Assembly: GCA_905330535.1 (NCBI GenBank)
Contig: CAJNVN010000274.1
Coordinates: 54,727-81,501, forward strand
Direction: 5' to 3'
DNA from: Rotaria sp.
Taxonomy: Eukaryota
Length of the DNA: 26,775 nucleotides
A model generated the notes under the pieces. That model was given only the letters and a program-made list of their open reading frames with translations, did no database searches and was not told the origin of the DNA. How positions within the stretch are numbered: position 1 is the first letter of the stretch; each line of letters starts with the position of its first letter. The position numbers and the translations under genes are program-made. Below, one piece after another: positions 9,901 to 17,865 of this stretch.

Positions 9901-10512
9901 AAGATTTGAAGACAAAGTAAGTTACGAATTACACTATGCTTTGATATTTAATCAAATATTTATGTATTTTATTTATTTATTTTTTTTGTAGAGTCAACAA
10001 AGGCTACGATAAACAAGTAGAAGGCTTTAAAAACCAAGCAGAAGGCTTTAAAAACCAAGCAGAAGGCTTTAAAAACCAAGCAGAAGGCTTTACCAACGTT
10101 AAGGTAAAGTATTCACTTTATCTTGCCATTTGATCACATGATAACTAATGTGAGCCTGTAAATTATATCCCGACAGCAACACACAGAAAACTATTTAGAT
10201 AAAATAGTTTTGTCTAGAAATATTACTCACGAGATCATGTTTGTTTTATTTTTATCTAAACTTCCAGATGTTTTACTGAAATTGAAGAACATTGTAAAAC
10301 ATTAAGTGGCTCATCCAAATATTCTTGAAAGTGATGAAATGATTACAGTTTCGCAATGAATTAATGAAATATAACAGTCCTTGTAAGATTCATAGATGAT
10401 TGAACAACTAGAAAATGATAAATTAGCCGTGGATAAGTCCAGTATAGATCCAGATATTGTAAATTCAAGTGTAGAAAATTTTTTTTTTCATTCACAGTCT
10501 AGCGATTGGTAG
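3391..10512 (+). CDS. Divergent TRPM-like cation channel, multi-exon and 5'-incomplete. Model: 3391-3984, 4050-4139, 5344-5499, (6139)-6258, 6319-6489, 6571-6665, 6741-6984, 7040-7129, 7388(or 7294)-7453, 7519-7689, 7756-7892, 8868-8970, 9027-9300, 9368-9464, 9524-9916, 9992-10103, 10498-10512
   Basis: Conceptual splicing at GT..AG sites with compatible phases gives the collinear order of TRPM landmarks: GTGxLADVIAE, LxxxLIWNKADHARQNVF, LIEALCRGNVSFVHLLMENGVS, YLWFLFMNRPEMAKF, IIWFYQTPMVLFYHN, S1-S6, IAMFNE and the TRP helix. Confidence 0.88.
3627..3800 (+). repeat. Imperfect coding tandem repeat, ~15 nt unit (gag/gat-g-ggacaaaggaa-like) encoding (T-K/E-E-E/D-x)n
   Basis: Directly visible: gaggggacaaaggaa / gaggggacagaggaa / gaggggacaaaggaa, then variants gatgcgacaaaagaa and gatgagacagacgag. 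Confidence 0.85.
4050..4139 (+). CDS. TRPM-like exon IWNKADHARQNVFADYVFENMTSSEGRREF
   Basis: tgtttttag|ATC ... TTT|gtgagt, 30 codons, phase 0/0. Joins ELQWCL to IWNKADHARQNVF, like the TRPM LxLAWNRVDIARSxIF motif. Confidence 0.85.
5344..5499 (+). CDS. TRPM-like exon IINVAPAVLIEALCRGNVSFVHLLMENGVSMKDLNIEQLKSEDLKMFCVKTL
   Basis: ttttttgttag|ATT ... CTG|gtagat, 52 codons. LIEAL...NVSFVHLLMENGVSM resembles TRPM TALxxNRVDFVKLLLENGVxL. Confidence 0.85.
6139..6258 (+). CDS. Probable TRPM-like exon NNNALPLDETIGTNDGINKNSSEMVEKIYSAYCNQYLKDY; 5' boundary uncertain (6139, 6166 or other)
   Basis: Open in frame, donor TAC|gtaagc, phase compatible with neighbouring exons. The acceptor is weak and the sequence poorly conserved. 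Confidence 0.5.
6319..6489 (+). CDS. TRPM-like exon ITNKENLQTIQSIMPPSDQTPRGTKQLFDENKIEKLYLWFLFMNRPEMAKFVCSLCQ
   Basis: gatgctttag|ATT ... CAA|gtaaga, 57 codons. LYLWFLFMNRPEMAKF is close to TRPM LIWSLLMNRxEMAKxFW. Confidence 0.87.
6571..6665 (+). CDS. TRPM-like exon NQTVATLLAVVIYSKAARKNTENKDKLIKTA(N)
   Basis: ttcactatcag|AAT ... GCAAA|gtaagt, 95 nt. Similar to the TRPM ALxASKILKxLA segment. Confidence 0.85.
6741..6984 (+). CDS. TRPM-like exon (N)EFDEHSKEIIDKCFTNDNQLALDIIKDRAETFYNCIPLEVAQCANCEAFLASDTVQKYLSYKWYHEFDDQHQLLKLDISIW
   Basis: gaaaacag|T donated to a phase-2 codon; 81 further codons; donor TGG|gtttgt. Matches the TRPM LDxC...LAxxLL...CLxLAxxAxxxxFxxxxxxQxxLxxxW pattern. Confidence 0.83.
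7040..7129 (+). CDS. TRPM-like pre-S1 exon ICLSSFFLPLLPISPVFCPSFYKKYSDKFK
   Basis: tattttatttag|ATC ... AAA|gtattt, 30 codons, phase 0/0. Hydrophobic FFLPLLP fits the TRPM pre-S1 'PPLL' segment. Confidence 0.65.
7388..7453 (+). CDS. TRPM-like exon CHVKDRIIWFYQTPMVLFYHNF (start of S1); possible 5' extension from 7294
   Basis: Donor TTT|gtaagt. Acceptor gattcttcacag|TGT keeps phase 0; the stronger-looking tttctttttacag|A at 7294 would need a phase-2 donor. Confidence 0.75.
7519..7689 (+). CDS. TRPM-like S1/S2 exon IFYFLFLILFSYVLLVDYLPLNRDGSERSGIRNLPIPISEIILHIYMLSFIVDEIDQ
   Basis: aaatttag|ATT ... CAG|gtcagt, 57 codons. Matches TRPM YxxYLxLFxYVVLxxxxP ... EixLYIWxxTLxxEEIRQ. Confidence 0.92.
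7756..7892 (+). CDS. TRPM-like S3 exon IIRSKERNHDYIANGWNRMDLAGILCYLIAFITRFFVVESVFAAS(K)
   Basis: attattag|ATT ... TCAAA|gtaaga, 137 nt. WNRMDLAGILCYLIAFITR resembles TRPM WNxxDLxAIxLFxxGxxxR. Confidence 0.9.
8868..8970 (+). CDS. TRPM-like S4 exon (K)ILMSIDFIIWCIRILYFFSAFEVLGPKLVMIYKM
   Basis: tttttatttag|A ... ATG|gtgagt. LGPKLVMIYKM is a near-canonical TRPM S4-S5 LGPKxxMIxxM. Confidence 0.93.
9027..9300 (+). CDS. TRPM-like S5/pore exon MKDTFLIFVCFILVFLFAFSITSWSLL...NRIQWSWQLLRDVFNWGIWKVFGQVAEPFKNNATDMDVISG
   Basis: ttttactgtag|ATG ... AGTG|gtacga, 274 nt. S5 hydrophobic stretch plus FGQVAE pore segment, like FGQ(I/V)P in TRPM2/4/5/8. Confidence 0.93.
9368..9464 (+). CDS. TRPM-like S6 exon (E)NDVYGTFVFLYVIAFVVISNVLLLNVLIAMF(N)
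   Basis: attcctatttctttag|AA ... TTCAA|gtgagt. NVLLLNVLIAMF is the TRPM S6 signature. Confidence 0.93.
9524..9916 (+). CDS. TRPM-like TRP-helix exon (N)ERIGEVLKKSNTIWRYQRFRLVNEFCEKAVLPPPFSVISLLVRLLYHIICALRRSKKG...ALKDLKT(K)
   Basis: actatgtag|T ... GACAAA|gtaagt, 393 nt. Splicing out 59 nt (9465-9523) gives IAMFNERIGEV...TIWRYQRFRLVNEF...LPPPF. Confidence 0.92.
9992..10103 (+). CDS. C-terminal exon (K)VNKGYDKQVEGF(KNQAEGF)x3TNVK
   Basis: ttttttttgtag|A joined to the phase-2 donor; 37 more codons; AAG|gtaaag. Confidence 0.82.
10011..10091 (+). repeat. 21-nt coding tandem repeat (aaaaaccaagcagaaggcttt), 3 exact copies with a degenerate flanking copy
   Basis: Three identical units encoding KNQAEGF, preceded by the related DKQVEGF and followed by TNVK. 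Confidence 0.95.
10498..10512 (+). CDS. Candidate terminal micro-exon SSDW-stop
   Basis: Strong acceptor ttttttttttcattcacag|TCT AGC GAT TGG TAG, phase 0. Too short for coding evidence. Confidence 0.45.
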   Translation, partial: SSDW

Positions 10513-12945
10513 AAAAACGTATGTAGTTTTCTTTTTACGCATAGCTGTAAAACATGAGTATACCTACTACTTTTGAATTATGATTAGAGTTGAATAGGTC
10601 GAGTACTAGGCAGTAAGTATTTAATATTAATTCTTGAAATTATTTGAAATCAGAACTGAAATTAAACTTGACTATTTTGTGAAGATGGTATATGCTATGC
10701 TATGCATTGATTGATGTAATACTGTGCAATACGTGAAACATCTGGAGATTAAAAATGACCTGAAATGGTTTTTTCTCTGTAAATTACTGATTTGATCTCA
10801 CATGATCTTTCGAGATTTTCGACCACTATAACAACTCACATGTGGAAAAGTCGAATTAAGTAAAATTGATACGAAAAAATATACATAGACTTATGTAAGC
10901 GGTAATAAGAAAATGTGATTCTAACTTTAGTTATCCAGCAATGGATACTACACGCTAAGCACTTTTTGCTGCTTATGTTTTGTGCTGTAATACTATTATA
11001 TGTAATTAGAACTAACTGTAAAAGTCATGGATATCACATTTATTCGAAAAAACTCTCATTGACCTTCTGATACATTCAAACGTTCTAAATACGCAGTTTT
11101 GTACTGTAAAAGCTTATGCATAAATATTTCAAGAGTTTTCAAAATGATTTTGTTTGACGCAGAAAAATTTTCTCTACTTATGCCAATAAGAACCTTCTAT
11201 AAGTGTGCTTTCATTCGATTGTCAACCATGGAATGCCGTCTCAATTGTGATCCTTCTTCATCAAATCGGTCGATATTAGATTGAGAAAAATATGATGAAT
11301 TTTTTTGAGTTAAATGGAGATTTGTTGATGATGTTTTATTCGACGAGATCTTTCTAATGAATCAGTATGTAACACTGATTTGTTTACAAGTAAAATTAGT
11401 GTTAAATTTTGTTACAACCCATTACGTAAATCGATGCATATTCTTTCAAGATAATACAATATCATTTTATTTTTAATAAATGATTTGTAAATTATTGAAA
11501 ATTTCTGTAAAACAGTGAGAAGGTGAGAAAGCGATTTACAGGAACATATCCTTTTACACATTTTTAGGATCGAGGAGTTCTAGATGTAATAAAATACTTG
11601 ACATAAATAAAAAATCAGCATATGAGAATCTTCGTTCATAAGATAAAGTCAATAGTGATTCTGACTTCAATCAACTCCATACACGAATAGCAATAGGAAT
11701 GGGTTAAATCATAACTGATGCATCTATACCTCTGAGTGTTGTTGAAACAACTTATCGACGAGAAATCATTGACAGAATCACAGAAAAACAGAATTTTTAT
11801 TATTACTAATGTTTGATTTCATTCCCTACGTCTAAATTAAAGAGAACATTTGTTGAACACACATACGGAGATGAGGCGATGAAAAGCATACCTTCATATG
11901 GGAATTAATATTTTAAATACATTTCAAATATTGTATTTTTTCTGAGTCATCGATAGTTGACAGAAATAGTGTGTACTCAACCTAAAGATTGATATGTGTA
12001 CCTATAATTTTTAAGATTTCGATTGTTTTTGAAGAAAAATTAGCTAATACACGCAGTCTTTCATGTCCTGAACGGTCTTTATTTAGGTAAAATTTTTTAA
12101 AAAATATTCTCTTTTCGAATAGAAAGTAAGATGGAAATTAGAAGAGACGGTGTAAAATCCTAGAAGAAGATGCCGCTTATTCAATAAATTGTCCCACTTC
12201 CGAATTATACTTCAGAAACAGATAGATATTGAGTATTGATATGTAGATCTTTTTATTCTATTGTTATAAAAGGTAAAGTTTGTTAACTATACAACTATAA
12301 ATTAACTAGAGGTCATGGATCGAAATAACTAATAATGCCTAAATCTTTTTCGGCTGTGATTGCCTATGCGAGAAAAATCTGAACATATATTGCAAGTAAT
12401 AAAGAAAAAGATAAGTCAATGCAATTTCAACAAAGTGGGATAGTTATTAATGTCCTCACAACTATTCATAGAGTCTTAAGGAATTTTCGATACATGACTT
12501 CACCTTTCATTTGATCAAGCGAATCTCATATCTAAAGCCGATTTAGAATCTGATTTTGTCTATCTGTCTGATTGATCGGACTCTAACTGGTAGTTGCTGT
12601 CTCTTCAGACCTTGAATGAAAAAGTTTTCTGCAGATATTTGGTAAAGTACTATCACTTTTAAAATTGCCAACTCGATAATGCCGATAATCAATTGAATAC
12701 AGTGGTAGAGTTAGGAATATCATGTTTTAAATTCAGCTTCATGTTTCGTCACGAAAAATAACTACATTCATTCAATACTTCTCAAAGCTGATTTTGTCTT
12801 CTAGCGTTGTAACCAGGATTTCAGACTAGGAGAGCTCAGCCTCGAGCATTTTTAAAGAATGAACAAAGTTGGTGTTAAGTATTTTTCATTTTTTGGTAAA
12901 AAAGGTACTAAGGCTCTATTTTATTTAAAGTATACTGGGCTAGTT

Positions 12946-12987
12946 GATACCCGTATTTCAAGACTCAAAAATTCCTTAGAGGGTATC
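12946..12987. repeat. Inverted repeat gataccc (12946-12952) / gggtatc (12981-12987), overlapping agagg-gtat-cctct
   Basis: Read directly. Confidence 0.5.
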
Positions 12988-13060
12988 CTCTGAGTTCCCA
13001 TTTATTATTACAAAAGATGGGCTTTTCGTGTTCAATAGCTGAGTCTGTCCACGAAAGGTG

Positions 13061-13221
13061 TTATTCCGTCACGCTCTGTTTTTGATGAATGAGGAATCGT
13101 CGATAACTTTGCAATTTCTCATTTTGAAAAGCACATTTTTTTTGTCCAAACTGCAAAAACATTTGGTCTTAAACAGTGAGTCATTTGTACATAACAAAGC
13201 AAACAAAACGTGACGGAATAA
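13061..13221. repeat. Perfect 13-bp inverted repeat ttattccgtcacg / cgtgacggaataa, arms 13061-13073 and 13209-13221
   Basis: Read directly; arms are exact reverse complements. Confidence 0.85.
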
Positions 13222-14915
13222 TGTTTTGCGTTGACATGCTCAGCTACAATAAATACAGTTCCACATAATAATTCGAATCTAAGTCATTGTCAAAGGTAAT
13301 TTCCTACATGCTGTCCAAGTCCAAAACTAAGCACTTAAAATTAACAGCATGCTATGTAAGGGAGCATAGCTATTACAATTGAAATAGTTAGTAGCAAGGC
13401 TCTTTTTACCAATGTATTTCAAAACTTAAAATACATTGAGTTGAAACAAAGTAAAACCTGCGATAGCACAAACAATATGATAGTTAGTTCAAAATATATT
13501 TGTAGGTTCGTTCATGAAGACCTTAAGGAGCACTAAAGCTTTCTCGTTTGTTCATTACAGCAGTATCAAGGAATTTCACAATGTATCACCTGTAGTCTGT
13601 TAGAATATGATCGAAAAGATTTTCTCAGCAACACATACCTGCTCTTAAGAGAAACATTTTCAAAAGCACTTTGTCCGATTTTGCTAATATAAAGTAAATT
13701 TTAGGTGACACTATCAGATAGTAATTCGTTTCATTACTGGATAAAACTCAGATAAAAACGAAAACGTAGATAATCACCTAGAATAGCCGTAATGCTTCGT
13801 TGCAACAAAATCTTGATTTTAGCTATCGTGTATTATTTTAAAAGAAAGTTGTCTATTTTTGATATCACATACTTTTCAGTAAACAAACTCGAATTAAAAG
13901 TCGGTTCTTATCCCTTATATTTCTGAGTAAATAACTTTTCAGAAACAAGATTTGAACTTTCTTTTAGCAAGAGAGCCATAAAAATAGAACGAGAATTTCC
14001 AGTAGCCTGTATGAGATAATTTATGAGAATATTTTTGACGAACAAGGTACTAAAAATTATCTCTAGTCCCATATCCTCTTATACAAAATAGTAACCTAGG
14101 TGACCATGCTTTGATCCATCACTAAAAATAGTAGCGAGAAATTTCAAACAATAGTTACTAGATATAGATTCATTCCCACTAAGATCGACAACTTGAATCT
14201 AATAAAAAAGTTTCCATATCTTTTTATGAAATTGTATTAAGACTACAATGACCAGATCGGAAAATTTCCACAATCAAAAATGAACAAACAACTTTTTTCA
14301 TTAGAGAGGTTCGTCGATTCCTCCATTGGTTTGAAAAATTAAATTGTTCTTCCATTTTATCGAAGAAAAAATATCAGATAATAAATAGGATGAACTAAAG
14401 TGTCTTATTCACGCTATTCAGTATGTCTCCAAATGCGCAAGACTCAAACAATTCTGGGGGCTCAGTCCCACAGACCCTCTCGTGGTTACGCCACTATTAT
14501 CTTCTCTTTATTGTTTAAAACCAAAATTGAAAGTATCATTTGTTCCATAATAAATGTTGATTATTCATTTTTTTAGTGCTTGTGATGCGATCAAAAGATA
14601 AAATTCTTTTCATTGAAGATATTTGACAATATTTGTATTGTCAGTGGATTGAGGAATGCATCTAAAGGTTTAACTTCTCTATTTAACTTGTTTTTAAAGA
14701 AAAAAACTTAAATTTGTTGATATTTTTAAATTTTAAAGCAAAAGAAAAGTTTTACTTTTCGCTTTTAAGTAAACAAAAATGAGATCTCTCATTCAAATAG
14801 GCACACAGAAGACTTCTCCTTGTGGAAGTGTCGCCAAATGAACGACACTCTGAAATACAGAAAAGATTAAGTGTATTGTTTATTCACTAAGACCTTCGTT
14901 TCACTTTACTTGCAG

Positions 14916-15000
14916 ACCAAGATTGAACATACGCAAACTGACATGCATTATAGATTCAAACAAGTGTTGGCGCCGCAAGAAGTTACTACCTCACAAAGAA
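14916..15000 (+). CDS. Orphan candidate exon TKIEHTQTDMHYRFKQVLAPQEVTTSQR(x); product unknown
   Basis: Good acceptor (ttcactttacttgcag) and donor (AGAA|gtgagt). The interval is GC-richer than its surroundings and fully open. Confidence 0.35.
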
Positions 15001-17784
15001 GTGAGTATAAATTTATTTCAATACTATTTATTTGGATAGAAACACCTAGTTGAATCGTTCCGAGCTCTTTTGTACACAGATCGCTCTATTGGTTCAAAAT
15101 GAATTAATGCATAACAACTTTTTTCGAATAGAAAAGTGAAAAAACACATCATGCTATACCTAGCTCTTTGTTCATACAACACAAAAAATTATAACGTTTC
15201 TTCATTTCATTTGACCACGATATTTCTATTGTCTTGGTACTCACATTATTTGACTAATGTGATGACTGATATCTAACTAATGAGGCTAGTCTCAACGTGC
15301 TAATCAAGACGAGTGAACAATTTCTCACAAATCATAATCGAACACTAGCGGCTTTTCTAGCATTACAGTTGAATTCGTTGCGATTCAATAATATATGTTG
15401 TCAGTTTAAAAGTATATGCTTTGTATGCGTGTGAATACATGATTTTTTTTTAAATCAGAGATATCTTTCTCATCGAGTTTTACAATAATTCAATTTGGAC
15501 CAATATCAAAATGAATCGATTTTTTTAAAACTGTTAAAGAAAATTTTCTCGCCTCTCGATACAAAGTTAATAAAATTATTCAGAACATTTAGCCATTAAA
15601 CGATTATTGTTCTTGTTCAGTTCTTCACAGCAAAGAAAAGTTGAAACCATTTGCATTAAGTAACAAGATGTTATGTTGAACCTTTGAGGAAACTATATTT
15701 TGCATGATATTTTCTGAACTTCCGAAAATTCTAGCGTAATCTAGCTCTGTTTTGAACTATCTTTTAACGTTCAAAAAATTGTTTCACATAGAAAAGAATA
15801 GCATTCTTCTATCGTATACACTTTCAAAAGAAGCATTCGTGTCAGCCCTTGAAATATTTCTAGTTTGATTATTACCTCTAGCTTTTTAAAAGTATTTGTG
15901 CACGGGCTTCCAATTATTCAAAAGCTTAAGTCATTTATACAAAATTGACCATACAAATATTATTTGCAAGTATTTTCTACTGCATCAAATAAAGTAAAAC
16001 AGTACTCATAAGTGAATCTTTAAAAATGGCTATATGTATACTCATAATTGAGAAGTGCTTTTTATTACTTATACTATCATAGCACTTTTCAATTGATAAT
16101 TTTACTTGTTTTGCTGCCCAAAGGTAAATTTGACCTTCTTTCAATGAAATCTCTCACTTCTCTCCACTGCTCGTAATTTAAAAATCATTATAGGAACAAC
16201 TTGATCAAAATTGATGCAAACACGTATGCATGAAACTGTCTTCTAAATTGCTCAAGATCAAGGTCGTGCAATTGCAGTTTAGAAGTTCTTTTTTCGTAGA
16301 ATATTTAATAGTAATTTTATTTAATAGACATTCAAAGTAATTATTATGACAAGTACTATAGATGTTTTCTCAACATTGTTGAGTTTGATTATAAAGTCAG
16401 CGAAAGCATTTTTGTAAAAATAAATATTTTGCATAATAGATTTCAAGATCTTAAAGTTTAATGCTGATAGTCAAGTTTCATAACTAGCAGTTGTTTTCGT
16501 TGAATAGATGCTCCTTAACGAAAAGGCTTATACCAGAATAACAAAGGGAAAAGTTTAAGCTTATCCTAACGATGTGGGTATTGATAAAGAGACTACCCAC
16601 TCTTAACCAGTAGTCTTGATCATTTGAAAGCTCGAGCTAGAAAGGAAAAAGATTGAAGAAAACACAATTTTCAAAACTTTTCTCCTAACTTTGCAACTTT
16701 TCATGTTTCATTCCTTAACGACAAAAGAATCGATTGCAGTTTTTTTCAGACGGTTCTCGAGTTAAGACACTGTTATTGTAAAAAGTTTAAATTGTTTCTT
16801 TTTTCTATTCATCTATCTTGACAAGTAAATTTTCCATATCATAAGTATTCATGTCAGTTTTCTTGTATGTAGCCATGAATATCTAACAAAACCTGTATAT
16901 CAGATAGCATGAGGATTACAATGAACAAAAACATCTTATAAGCATAATATCTATCTGAAATAAGTGCGTTGAATGAGTGCGATTTGATTGCATGAAGGCT
17001 TATTGCAACGATCTTGTTTAAATTTAAAACACATATGTGTGCGGATTTGAAAAGGTCGAAGGTCAACATCATTATAGCCACTCTGTAGGGTGTGGGATGT
17101 TGTTGAAGAGAAGATGCATACAGAATATCACGCCCTGGCCCATACCTTACCAAATACAACTAGCTGAATATGAGTTTGTCTGTAAATAGTTCTATGATTG
17201 ATATTGCACAAAATATGTAAGGTGATTGTACGGATTTTCTTTTTATTATTCACGTCAGTAGAGATGATGAAAAAGCAAATAGTTATAGTTAGATATCATC
17301 AAGTAGGTCTCGATTAAATATTTCATAAGATCCGAGTTTATTTTGATTTTGTTTTTCTGTATCTTGAATATGCAAAGTCAAACATATTGAAAAGGTAAAC
17401 TTTCAAATGTAATACCTATATTTGTATTGAATATGTATTGCATTAGTTGATATCTCTGTTAAGAAGAGACTATAAATTGACAAAATAAATATACGTCTAA
17501 AGATAGTAGAATCGTTTTATCGTTATATATCTTTAAATGCTATTCAAGTATCTTCTGTTCAAAAAAAGTTGATTTTCATGAAAAGCATGAAGATTGAGAC
17601 AAATGCATAGAAAGATAGTTCGAAGTCTTTTCTGTCGAAAATGACATGAAATTTTATTTGACAATTTTTTTTCGTAAAATTTCTCATTTTTTGCTTTGCG
17701 GATCTCAACATTTTTGAAGAAACTTCATTGTAACCAACGAATTTTTCTTTTGTTTGAAACAGAGTGTGAAATTTCAGTTTTTTC

Positions 17785-17865
17785 GAGGCATTGAACTTTG
17801 CCATGCCTCTATTGCTCTTAAAAAGTAGGAATTGTAAAAGAAAACAAGGCTCTGCCATGCCTTGT
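17785..17865. repeat. Two consecutive stem-loops sharing the 10-mer tgccatgcct: gaggcat/atgcctc (17785-17809) and acaaggc/gccttgt (17844-17865)
   Basis: Perfect 7-bp stems with 11-nt and 8-nt loops; tgccatgcct at 17799-17808 and 17853-17862. Confidence 0.6.

Larger units (their letters stand above)
12802..14496. mobile_element. Possible degenerate non-autonomous DNA transposon with eroded terminal inverted repeats
   Basis: Left tagcgttgtaaccagga...gctcagcct and the reverse complement of the right end tagtggcgtaaccacga...actgagccc match 13/17 at the termini, including GTAACCA. '(C)AGTGGCGTAACCA' is a common terminus of invertebrate DNA transposons. Confidence 0.35.
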
